64,000 nt of DNA from a virus (IMGVR_UViG_3300029305_001134:1-64000), one strand, 5' to 3'; shown: positions 42,358 to 50,937, counted from the stretch's first letter. Program-made: numbers and translations. Notes: generated by a model from the letters alone, not told the origin.

Positions 42358-42764
42358 TACGTGCGGAAATTTCAGAAAAGAATAAATATTGGATAGATAA
42401 ACATAGACATTACGAGTTAAAACATTTCTGCCTACAATATCCCGAATGGAAAAGAGCTTATATGGAATTTGATAATCCAAGTATCCCTTTATCAATGATG
42501 GAAAGAGTTCCTACAAGTAATCTACCAGGCGATCCTACTGCTAAACGAGCGATGATGAAATCATATTATGGTGAACGAATTAAATTACTCGAACAGATTG
42601 CTTTAGAAGCTGATAACTGTTTACATAATTATATTTTAAAAGCTGTCACCGAAGGATTGTCTTATACATACTTAAACACTCGATTAGGGATTCCTTGTAG
42701 TAGAGATTTATATTACGATCGCTATAGGAAATTCTTCTGGTTACTTAGTAAGGCGCGAGGATAA
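42345..42764 (+). CDS. putative transcriptional regulator (ArpU/RinA-like)
   Basis: GDPTAKRA...C-terminal HTH-like GIPCSRDLYYDRYRKFFWLL. Confidence 0.55.
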   Translation: MATVIRAEISEKNKYWIDKHRHYELKHFCLQYPEWKRAYMEFDNPSIPLSMMERVPTSNLPGDPTAKRAMMKSYYGERIKLLEQIALEADNCLHNYILKAVTEGLSYTYLNTRLGIPCSRDLYYDRYRKFFWLLSKARG

Positions 42765-42804
42765 CATCTCCTTTTATGAAAATATATTTAAAGGAGGAAT
42801 ACTT

Positions 42805-43056
42805 ATGTTAGTATTAGGATTTTTGGGATATTTAGTAATTGGATACGCGAGCTTATTCGTGGTTGTGATGATCCACATAATTAAAGCTGAAAAAGCAGGT
42901 TATGATTGTCTAAATTGGTGGGGTAAACATACCGCCAATATTGGAAATCAAATCGATGACAACTTTATCATTGGATTGATTATCTGGCCGGTACGATTAA
43001 TGCAATTCATTATTGATATTCCGGAATATTATGAACAGTATGGCTTTAAATATTAA
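42805..43056 (+). CDS. small membrane protein
   Basis: two hydrophobic stretches; RBS AAGGAGG. Confidence 0.7.
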   Translation: MLVLGFLGYLVIGYASLFVVVMIHIIKAEKAGYDCLNWWGKHTANIGNQIDDNFIIGLIIWPVRLMQFIIDIPEYYEQYGFKY

Positions 43057-43159
43057 GGAGGACTCACATCGAGTCTTCTTTTTTTGTTATTCGCGAAATT
43101 TACAACATCTATTATGGAAAATACATTACAAATTTATATATTATAGGAGGAAATATTTT

Positions 43160-43438
43160 ATGAAAAAAGTATTAATTATGATTGGGGGAGTATGTGGTGT
43201 GATTGGCAATTTTATCGCAACTGAAAACAAATATTACGATGAAGTAGCAAAAGCTGAAGAAGCTGTGGCTAGCTTTAACGAAGTAGAAGTAATCGGTGCG
43301 TATGAAAAGGCTAGTCTCGAAACAGACTGGAATAATGGTACATACGGAATCACAGTACGATTATATACAGCAGATGGAACTATGATCTCATCTGTAGTGT
43401 ATGAAGATGTGAATGATTTTATCGAGAGGGAGTTCTAG
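43160..43438 (+). CDS. secreted or membrane-anchored small protein
   Basis: MKKVLIMIGGVCG signal-like N-terminus; RBS AGGAGG. Confidence 0.7.
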   Translation: MKKVLIMIGGVCGVIGNFIATENKYYDEVAKAEEAVASFNEVEVIGAYEKASLETDWNNGTYGITVRLYTADGTMISSVVYEDVNDFIEREF

Positions 43439-43520
43439 GAACTCTTCTCTTTTTTTTTCGCTATTTTTACACAGTGTATTATAGAAAATACAAAATCATT
43501 AATTGAAAGGAGATATAACT

Positions 43521-43598
43521 ATGATGAATTTAGACAAATTATTCGACGAGCTTATGCAAGAATTCGAGGAAATGATTGAGCATTTTAAAAACAGTTGA
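43521..43598 (+). CDS. 25-aa acidic microprotein
   Basis: MMNLDKLFDELMQEFEEMIEHFKNS; RBS AAAGGAG; own motif and terminator. Confidence 0.6.
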   Translation: MMNLDKLFDELMQEFEEMIEHFKNS

Positions 43599-43701
43599 GA
43601 GGCTTCGGCTTCTCTTTTTCTTTAATTGTACATTCGCGCGAAAAACATACCCCTTTATGAAAAACTATTTAATTAATGAATTCAAAATGGAGGTATGAAT
43701 T

Positions 43702-43950
43702 ATGTTACGCAAAATGATTGAACAGATTATTGAGAAGAGACAAGCAGTTAGAAAGGCATTGGTGAAGGAAACTTTTGGGGATATGCATACATTAGTAGGT
43801 ATGTCGGACGAGGAGTTTAAATTCATGAAAGCGGTTCTGGAATTAGAAAACATGACTGATGATCTGTTGGGAACAGTAGGTGTAGAAATCGAGAAACTTC
43901 AAAATGATGTTGATAAATTAAATAAGGAAATGTTAGAGAGGGCTAAATAA
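43702..43950 (+). CDS. coiled-coil hypothetical protein
   Basis: RBS GGAGGT; cassette structure. Confidence 0.75.
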   Translation: MLRKMIEQIIEKRQAVRKALVKETFGDMHTLVGMSDEEFKFMKAVLELENMTDDLLGTVGVEIEKLQNDVDKLNKEMLERAK

Positions 43951-44026
43951 GCCTTTCTCTTTTCTTTTTCGCGAATTAAACACAGTATATTATGAGAAAA
44001 ATTTATATATTTAGGAGGAAATCAAA

Positions 44027-44158
44027 ATGAAAAAAGTTGGAGTATTTATCAAAAAGCACATGAAGAAATTTATCGGAGGCGCTATTGGGTTAGTATTAAC
44101 AATTGTATCATTAGGTTTATACCAAGTGTATAAAAGTAAACAAGAAGAGGAGGCTTAG
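44027..44158 (+). CDS. 43-aa single-TM microprotein
   Basis: MKKVGVFIKKHMKKFIGGAIGLVLTIVSLGLY...; RBS AGGAGG. Confidence 0.65.
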   Translation: MKKVGVFIKKHMKKFIGGAIGLVLTIVSLGLYQVYKSKQEEEA

Positions 44159-44298
44159 GCTTCTTCTTTTTATTTTCGAACATATTTCTAATCTAGATTA
44201 AAACCACCTCTAACCTAGAATAGAAAAACCGTACGTAGGTGACTGAGATCAATGCTACATTCGTAGTGTGATAAATATTTTTAAGAAAGGAGAATGCT

Positions 44299-44517
44299 AT
44301 GGAAATTATTATCGCTATTATTTTTGGAGGTGTGCTTGGATTCGTATTAGGTGTATTAATCGCTCGTAAAACCAAACCAGACGGGATATTACGAATCGAT
44401 CATACCAACCCAGAGAAAGATACCTATCGATTTGAAATTGACGAGATTGATAAGTTATCGAATAAAAGATACATACGATTGAAAGTAGATAACAACGCCA
44501 ATCTTTCGCAAGATTAA
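44299..44517 (+). CDS. single-TM protein
   Basis: N-terminal TM; GILRID motif. Confidence 0.72.
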   Translation: MEIIIAIIFGGVLGFVLGVLIARKTKPDGILRIDHTNPEKDTYRFEIDEIDKLSNKRYIRLKVDNNANLSQD

Positions 44518-44560
44518 CATGGTCTTTTATGAAGTATTATATTTAAAGGAGGGCTTTATT

Positions 44561-44977
44561 ATGCCAGAAAAGAAATCTTTAAAACAGTTGATGGAAGAGG
44601 TAGCAGCTGAAAAATTGCAATATGTGTTAGAACATGAACAGGGGGATGACGATGCAGAAGAAGCATTCGATCAGGCCATTACAGCTGTGAAAGTTTATAA
44701 TGACATGGTTAAGATTGACGATGCTCATGATGAAGAACTTAAACGTCAGGAGATTGAGAAAGACAAACAAGAGGCGGATAAGAAATTCAAAATGAGTGAA
44801 TCGACAAAAGAAAAGATCATGAAAGGAATTGAACTCGGAGCAGTTGTAATCGTTACACCTGTAATCGGGTATTTCTCGAACAAGAATCTCGCTAAGTTCT
44901 TATGCAAAGCTGAGCAGTTTGAGACCTTTACAACAACTGCCGGAAGATCTTTGGGCAAGATGTTTAAGTTCAAATAA
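44561..44977 (+). CDS. hypothetical protein with a C-terminal hydrophobic segment
   Basis: RBS AAGGAGG before MPEKKS. Confidence 0.72.
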   Translation: MPEKKSLKQLMEEVAAEKLQYVLEHEQGDDDAEEAFDQAITAVKVYNDMVKIDDAHDEELKRQEIEKDKQEADKKFKMSESTKEKIMKGIELGAVVIVTPVIGYFSNKNLAKFLCKAEQFETFTTTAGRSLGKMFKFK

Positions 44978-45036
44978 TGAGTAATACTCGTAGGGAGGGC
45001 TATGGAAACATAGTCTTCTCTTTTTCTTTTATCTCA

Positions 45037-45191
45037 TACTATTCGTAGTAGTAACAGGTCATTTTATTTTTTTTTATTTAATATTTATATGTAATAACAT
45101 TAACTTTTGTTAATAAATATAAACTATTGTTAATGTAAGTATATAAGTAATTAAAAGAAATATTTTTTTTTACGAATAGTAGTAGCAGGTC
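45037..45191. other. very AT-rich tract bracketed by inverted and direct repeats, candidate replication origin
   Basis: about 10 G/C in 110 bp (45061-45170); IR TACTATTCGTA/TACGAATAGTA; DR TAGTAGTARCAGGTC. Confidence 0.45.
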
Positions 45192-45246
45192 TCACGAATT
45201 TTACACGCTCCTTTATGAGAATTAATTTCAAAGGAGGATTTATATT

Positions 45247-45426
45247 ATGAGTAAAAGAACAAGAATTGATGCGAGTAGAGAGGCTAGACTTTGGTTGAAA
45301 GAAGTTTTATTACCAGCGGGAGCGTTGATAGTAACAGCTATTTCAATTCCAGAGGTTAGGAATACTGGCGAGAAGTTACTTACGAAGAGTAAAGACTTTA
45401 TTGAATCGAAATTCAAAAGAAACTAA
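45247..45426 (+). CDS. 59-aa microprotein
   Basis: MSKRTRIDASREARLW...; RBS AAGGAGG. Confidence 0.68.
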   Translation: MSKRTRIDASREARLWLKEVLLPAGALIVTAISIPEVRNTGEKLLTKSKDFIESKFKRN

Positions 45427-45496
45427 GAGATTAGGGGCTTAACGGCTCCTTTTCTTTTTCTACGAATGATACGCGAAATATACAACGAATATTATA

Positions 45497-45772
45497 GAAA
45501 GAAAGCATATCGAGAGAGGGAGACCGGCTCTACATTCAGTAGTGAAGAGTACGAACTATACAAACCGAGGCTCGAATCGAAAGATTGACAGTAATGGTCC
45601 AGAGGACGAATGGTCGTAGTGAATATCGGAGGCTGATATGCTATATATACTGATAACAATGTCGGAGATTTTGATATTATAAGTATCGACGGCAGGCAAA
45701 TGGTGCGCTGACTTGGGAGCAGTCTTTATGATCGATCCCTGGGAAAATTGGAACATTGTGTTTTATTTTTTC
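45497..45772 (+). ncRNA. candidate structured ncRNA (~270 nt)
   Basis: follows the motif at 45470; no RBS or ORF; AGCATATC/GATATGCT stem; AATC-GAAA-GATT tetraloop. Confidence 0.55.
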
Positions 45773-45821
45773 TTTTTCGCATAATATACAGCCTCTCTTA
45801 TAGAAAAGATTATAGGAGGAT

Positions 45822-46031
45822 ATGATTATGGGTATCAGAGGATTGAAATGGATTAAATGTAAGAACGGACAGAAACCAAATCGTGAGGTCGAACACAAAA
45901 TACAAGACGAATCTCGCGTGAGGCAGATGGTTGAAACTGAATTGTATCTATTGAGTTGGGAGGTACGTAAAATCATGGATGACATGAGATTGGAAAGAAC
46001 AGTATTAAGCAAGTTACATAAGGCTAGCTAA
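45822..46031 (+). CDS. hypothetical protein (cassette)
   Basis: RBS AGGAG. Confidence 0.68.
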   Translation: MIMGIRGLKWIKCKNGQKPNREVEHKIQDESRVRQMVETELYLLSWEVRKIMDDMRLERTVLSKLHKAS

Positions 46032-46129
46032 TGCTGGTCTTTTTTTTTTCTTCATATTCGTCCACTCGCGTTAATTACATCGAATATTATAGAAACATAT
46101 TAAATAAAATTACAATGGAGGATAAATAT

Positions 46130-46345
46130 ATGTTTAACGGTAAAGAGAGAAAGACTTTGTTGAAAGAGCTTGAAAGCAAGATTGAGGTATTACATTCGAA
46201 CGTGATACTTATGGAACACGATTTTATGGCACTCAAAGATGGAGGTAGTGAATTATTTATTAAAGACTTTGAGTATCGTAAGGAAATGATTCGTAAGAAT
46301 ATGATCGACACGAATGTATTACTCACAAGACTGAAGGAACTGTAA
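46130..46345 (+). CDS. hypothetical coiled-coil protein
   Basis: RBS GGAGG before MFNGKERK. Confidence 0.7.
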   Translation: MFNGKERKTLLKELESKIEVLHSNVILMEHDFMALKDGGSELFIKDFEYRKEMIRKNMIDTNVLLTRLKEL

Positions 46346-46469
46346 CAGGTTCTTTCTCTTTTTTTTCTTTTCGAACATAGTGAGAACAGGTGAAACTTTA
46401 GTTGAACGTTCGCGTAAAAATCATATCCTCTAATGAAACTAAAAGTTTAAGAAAATGGAGGATTGGAAT

Positions 46470-46685
46470 ATGAGCGAAACTAATAGAAATGGACAGATTA
46501 TTGACTTCTTGAACAAATGGGATGAAATGCTTAAAGCGGCTAATGAAATCGAAGGATTTAAATGGGATTTCAAAGTCCGCATTACGAGTAATAATTCCCT
46601 GATTGAAGATAGAGTCAGAACTATCAATGGAATTAATGAATCGTTTAGTAGGAATCATATGACTTGGACGAGTAGTAACAACTAA
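46470..46685 (+). CDS. hypothetical protein (cassette)
   Basis: RBS GGAGG before MSETN. Confidence 0.65.
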   Translation: MSETNRNGQIIDFLNKWDEMLKAANEIEGFKWDFKVRITSNNSLIEDRVRTINGINESFSRNHMTWTSSNN

Positions 46686-46735
46686 AGAGGGCTTCGGCTT
46701 CTCTTTTATTTTATTTTGTAAGGAGTTGACACAAA

Positions 46736-47095
46736 TTGCGTTATCACTATGAAAAACCAGATCTATATCATTCTATGTATGGTGAAAATTACGAATGCGA
46801 TCATCCAGTTTACGATAGATGTACTTTATTCAAAATAGGTAAGAAAGGTTTAGCCGTAATTCAACAACGTTACGACCCAGAAACTAAAAATACATACTGG
46901 AACGAAATAGACCCCTGGCTTACTGACTCGATATATTTACATAAGAAATTTAAAGAATATTTTGATAAACGCTCAGGCGAATGCACGAATGGAATATATC
47001 CGACAGTTACGATTCGTCAATTAATGTGGAGCTTACGAATGAAACCAATATCTAAAGAACGTTGGGAGACTTGTTTCGATAGACGAGAAATTTGA
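46736..47095 (+). CDS. hypothetical protein
   Basis: TTG start after AAGGAG; 119 aa. Confidence 0.72.
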   Translation: MRYHYEKPDLYHSMYGENYECDHPVYDRCTLFKIGKKGLAVIQQRYDPETKNTYWNEIDPWLTDSIYLHKKFKEYFDKRSGECTNGIYPTVTIRQLMWSLRMKPISKERWETCFDRREI

Positions 47096-47146
47096 CGCGA
47101 TGAAAACATACTCCTTTATGAAATATTAAATTAGGAGGTAACTTAT

Positions 47147-47365
47147 ATGAAGAAAGCATTATTATTTGTAACAGGAGCAGGTATTGGAGCAGTGACAGGA
47201 TTTGTAGGAGCTGTAGTATGCTTACTCATTGGAGTTGCAGGAGAGGATAAAGTACTCTATGAAGACGACAAAATGAGAATTAGAGCAGCAACTGATAGTA
47301 CTGAAGCTGAAACAGGTTTTGCCGTGGTTACATATAAAAAGCAAACAACAGAAACCAACGAATAA
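47147..47365 (+). CDS. single-TM protein
   Basis: Gly-rich TM GAGIGAVTGFVG. Confidence 0.72.
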   Translation: MKKALLFVTGAGIGAVTGFVGAVVCLLIGVAGEDKVLYEDDKMRIRAATDSTEAETGFAVVTYKKQTTETNE

Positions 47366-47514
47366 TATTCGGGGATTGAGGATTCATTACGAGTCCTCTT
47401 TCTTTCTGCTCGAATCCCATGAGAACAGGTGAAACTTTAGTTGAGCATTCGCGAAAAATACAGGACCTATTATAGAAAATAACGGAAAATAAAATATGAA
47501 AGGAGAAAATTATC

Positions 47515-47601
47515 ATGATGGAATTATTGAAAGTATTTGTTAACGTATGGTTTTTAGGCGGAGACATGTATAACAATAATGATTATGGTGTTAGATTCTA
47601 A
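47515..47601 (+). CDS. 28-aa microprotein
   Basis: MMELLKVFVNVWFLGGDMYNNNDYGVRF; RBS AAAGGAG. Confidence 0.55.
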   Translation: MMELLKVFVNVWFLGGDMYNNNDYGVRF

Positions 47602-47723
47602 TAAGAATTTGGCGTTATTAATCGAAAAGGCGAGTCTTAACTAAGGCTCTTCCTTTTACTTTCCATCATGATTCGCGATATTTACACGCTCCTTTATGAA
47701 ATAATATTTAAGGAGGATAAAAT

Positions 47724-47873
47724 ATGATTATGTTTATGATTTTATTATTAATAGCAGGAGTTATACTGGCAATGTTTAGTGTGGTGGCAATCTTACTAAT
47801 CGAGCCAATTGTATGTTTCCTGATTATCTATGGAATCTACAGATTGATCAAATTTATTAGAAAGAAACATTAA
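47724..47873 (+). CDS. 49-aa very hydrophobic membrane microprotein
   Basis: RBS AAGGAGG; basic C-terminus. Confidence 0.65.
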   Translation: MIMFMILLLIAGVILAMFSVVAILLIEPIVCFLIIYGIYRLIKFIRKKH

Positions 47874-47990
47874 CGAGAGGGGCTTAGGCTTCTCTTTTCT
47901 ATTTAAACGAAGTGAGAACAGGTGAAACTTTAGTTGAACATTCGCGACTAATACAGCCTCTTTTGTGAAGAGAAAAGGAGGTAATTAGAC

Positions 47991-48086
47991 ATGAAAATCA
48001 TAATGAATATACTAGTGACGATATTGGCGTTAGGGTTATTAGGATTGGCGTTGATTATCGCGTGTATATGCGTATTAGCATTTTAA
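47991..48086 (+). CDS. 31-aa TM microprotein
   Basis: RBS AAGGAGGT. Confidence 0.6.
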   Translation: MKIIMNILVTILALGLLGLALIIACICVLAF

Positions 48087-48214
48087 GATTATCGAATGGA
48101 CAAATCGGATTGGGAGGATTGAATTATGATCCTCTTAGTCTTCATATTCGCGAAGAATACATACCCTTTAATGAAAGATAAATCAAAATAAAACTAATTT
48201 AGGAGGAATTTATT

Positions 48215-48409
48215 ATGTTGGAAATGATTGTATTAGGATTAACAATCGTAATTGGAATGGTGTTAGCTAGTTTAGCAATGTTGGTGATAACATTCAAAAT
48301 TATGCTTAGCAAGAAATGGATGTTATGGTTTGTTAAGAAATACATGAAAATGATTAATGAAATCACCGAAGAAGTGACAGAAGATTTATTAAAAGTTGAG
48401 GCTGAGTAA
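48215..48409 (+). CDS. single-TM protein
   Basis: RBS AGGAGG. Confidence 0.7.
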   Translation: MLEMIVLGLTIVIGMVLASLAMLVITFKIMLSKKWMLWFVKKYMKMINEITEEVTEDLLKVEAE

Positions 48410-48468
48410 AACCAGTCTCTTTCTTTTTTCATCAAAACGGATTCGCGAAATTTACAACGGATATTATG

Positions 48469-48618
48469 AAAGAAAACTAATATTCGAAAGGGCAGTGAAG
48501 TTGGAGGGCCGAAGATTGTCGGTACCGCATCGGGCACGTCGCTGAGGTGAAAACCTGACAAATGAGCGTGAGCAAAATAACGGCGTCCTTCGAGTAGAAC
48601 AATCCTAGAGTTTTCTTT
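48469..48618 (+). ncRNA. candidate structured ncRNA (~150 nt)
   Basis: terminal stem AAAGAAAACT/AGTTTTCTTT; TATTCGAAAGGGC/GTCCTTCGAGTA; AGGT-GAAA-ACCT; no ORF. Confidence 0.65.
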
Positions 48619-48678
48619 TACTTTCGCGAAATTTACAAGCTCCATTATAGGAAATACTATAAAAGGAGGATAAAGGAT

Positions 48679-48762
48679 ATGGCATTTATGATTATACCAG
48701 CATTGGTTATGACATTATGTGTATACGAATCCGTAATGGGTTGTATTACAAATTTAAGATAG
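48679..48762 (+). CDS. 27-aa hydrophobic microprotein
   Basis: RBS AGGAGG; own motif and terminator. Confidence 0.55.
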   Translation: MAFMIIPALVMTLCVYESVMGCITNLR

Positions 48763-48827
48763 GGACAAATTATAAGTCTCTATTTTTCTTTTAATTCCAT
48801 ATTCGCGAAATTTACAAGTCCTTTTAT

Positions 48828-48922
48828 GAGAGAAAGATAAGGTAACTATTACCTAGAATGATCGCATTTTAAGAGCTGAGAAAAATGGGAATTGGCGGTA
48901 GCTTCATTCGTATCATTCTCTT
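48828..48922 (+). ncRNA. candidate four-way-junction RNA (~95 nt)
   Basis: closing stem GAGAGAAAGATA/TATCATTCTCTT plus three internal hairpins. Confidence 0.55.
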
Positions 48923-48968
48923 TTTGTTCTTCCTACTTCACAAATCCAACCGAAAGGTGTTGTCACAA

Positions 48969-49754
48969 ATGAATGGCCTAGTTAATAGCGTCAAAATATT
49001 TGGTAAACGTAATGCATCAACAATTCTTACAGTGGTAGGAGGCGTTGGCGTGTTAATTACTTCTATCATGGCAGTGAAAGCGACACCTAAAGCTATGACG
49101 ATATTAGAACAAGCGAAGGATGAGAAAGGTGAAGAGTTAACTAAATTTGAGAAATTCAAAATGGCGGGTCCTAGTTATATTCCAGCTACAATCGTAGGTA
49201 TTGGGACGGTTACTTGTATATTCGGAGCTAACGTACTAAATAAACGTCAACAAGCAGCTCTAGTTAGTGCGTATACATTAGTAGATAGCTCCTACAAACA
49301 ATATCGCCATAAATTAGTTGAATTATACGGTAAAGATACACATAATGAAATCGTGGACGCCATCGCCGTAGAAAAAGCTGAAGAAGTTGGGATTTATGCT
49401 GAAAGTCTATGTGCGAATACTTGTCTAACTGACGAAGAATCTTGCGGAGAACCAGTTTTGTTCTATGACGAATTCGGTGGAAGATATTTTGAGTCGACTA
49501 TCGAACAAGTTATCGCGGCTGAGTATCATACAAATCGCAATTTTACACTACGTGGGTACGCAGTATTAAACGAACTATACGAATTTCTCGGTTTAGAACC
49601 TACTGATTATGGTAATACAGTTGGCTGGGCTGTAGATAGCGACCTATATTGGATCGATTTCAATCATAGGAAGACTGTACTTGAAGATGGACTCGAATGT
49701 TATATTCTAGAGTCTTACTGGTCTCCAAGTGCTGACTTTTTAGAATATTATTAA
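48969..49754 (+). CDS. DUF6353-like protein, paralog 1
   Basis: ILTVVGGVGV..AVKATPKA...LNELYEFLGL..VGW; RBS AAAGGTG before MNGLV. Confidence 0.75.
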   Translation: MNGLVNSVKIFGKRNASTILTVVGGVGVLITSIMAVKATPKAMTILEQAKDEKGEELTKFEKFKMAGPSYIPATIVGIGTVTCIFGANVLNKRQQAALVSAYTLVDSSYKQYRHKLVELYGKDTHNEIVDAIAVEKAEEVGIYAESLCANTCLTDEESCGEPVLFYDEFGGRYFESTIEQVIAAEYHTNRNFTLRGYAVLNELYEFLGLEPTDYGNTVGWAVDSDLYWIDFNHRKTVLEDGLECYILESYWSPSADFLEYY

Positions 49755-49853
49755 TTACCGCACACAGGTGACAAAAATCGGTGATAAATTGTTAATGAAT
49801 TCGCGGTGAAAACAAGCCGTATTATGAGAAAACTAATTTAGGAGGAATTTATA

Positions 49854-50024
49854 ATGAAAAACTTTAAATTTAATGGCGGATTGTTTGGTTTTATTATGAT
49901 TATTGGAGCTGCATTAGGCGCGGCTGCACAAGAAATGACCATGCAATCGATCGAGAAAAAACAAAAAGAACAGGATGAACGTATCGCTAAATTGGAAGGT
50001 AAAAACGTAGGGGAGTCTCAGTAA
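49854..50024 (+). CDS. 56-aa TM plus coiled-coil microprotein
   Basis: RBS AGGAGG. Confidence 0.65.
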   Translation: MKNFKFNGGLFGFIMIIGAALGAAAQEMTMQSIEKKQKEQDERIAKLEGKNVGESQ

Positions 50025-50080
50025 TGAGGCTCTTTTATTTATTTTTATAAGGTTACACACATTAAGGAGGAGAATTAAAA

Positions 50081-50866
50081 ATGAATATGTCAAACGTAAC
50101 TAAAGTATTAAAAACAATCGGAACTGGATTAAATAAACACAAGCCAGCGATTCTTACAGGCATGGGTATTGCTGCGGGTGTAACATCCACAGTATTAGCA
50201 GTTAAAGCCACACCAGATGCTATGGAATCTATCAAAATGGCAGAAGAAGAAAAAGGCGAAAAATTGACTAAAATGGAAGTTGTAAAAGTAACTTGGAAAC
50301 ATTATATCCCAGCGATTGCTACAGGGGTTACAGCGGGTGTATGTGTTGTTGGTGCTAATGCTGTTCATAATAAACGTAGTGCCGCTTTAGCAACTGCATG
50401 TCAGATTTCTGCGACAGCCCTTAACGAATACAAAGAGAAAACTATCGAGACTGTAGGTGAAGAAGCCGAGAAACAGATTCGTGAGAAAATTGTTAAGGAT
50501 AGAAAAGATAAAGTTGAGAAAAAAACAGCGAGTGAGAATCATACTGTATTCGTTTCGGAAGATGGCGAATATACAATTCGTGAACCTTATTCCAATCAGA
50601 CTTTTAGATCATCCGAAGAAAAAGTAATAAAAATCATGAATAATCTCAACGGACGAATGATCGATGGAGCTGAAATGTATATGTCCGTAAATGAATTACT
50701 CGATGAATTCGGTTTGGACCATTACGAGTTGGGTGATGATATCGGATGGACCGTAAATGATCGAATTGATTTAATGATTGATGTAGAGAAATCAAAAACA
50801 GGCAAACCACGAGCTGTTATCAGATATTTGAACCCAGCAAAACATGATTTCAGAAAATTACACTAA
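50081..50866 (+). CDS. DUF6353-like protein, paralog 2
   Basis: ILTGMGIAAG..AVKATPDA...VNELLDEFGL..IGW. Confidence 0.75.
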   Translation: MNMSNVTKVLKTIGTGLNKHKPAILTGMGIAAGVTSTVLAVKATPDAMESIKMAEEEKGEKLTKMEVVKVTWKHYIPAIATGVTAGVCVVGANAVHNKRSAALATACQISATALNEYKEKTIETVGEEAEKQIREKIVKDRKDKVEKKTASENHTVFVSEDGEYTIREPYSNQTFRSSEEKVIKIMNNLNGRMIDGAEMYMSVNELLDEFGLDHYELGDDIGWTVNDRIDLMIDVEKSKTGKPRAVIRYLNPAKHDFRKLH

Positions 50867-50937
50867 TTCGCGAAAAATACAAGAACTATTATGAGATATT
50901 ATTAATCTAATTTTTATACAAAGAAAGGAATATAATT

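Larger units (their letters stand above)
46382..47939 (+). repeat. 26-bp extended motif GAGAACAGGTGAAACTTTAGTTGAAC abutting promoter motifs
   Basis: copies at 46382, 47421 and 47914; near-copy at ~36721; degenerate copy at 38381. Confidence 0.85.
42752..50894 (+). promoter_or_regulatory. phage promoter-like motif, right block of 21 copies
   Basis: copies start at 42752, 43090, 43457, 43633, 43968, 44505, 45191, 45470, 45776, 46065, 46409, 47094, 47448, 47672, 47941, 48147, 48442, 48623, 48802, 49800 and 50867. Confidence 0.85.

Noticed and set aside
36525-50894. CRISPR array or integron
   Set aside because: The repeats are degenerate and irregularly spaced with whole genes between them. There are no cas genes, no tyrosine integron integrase and no attC-type palindromes.
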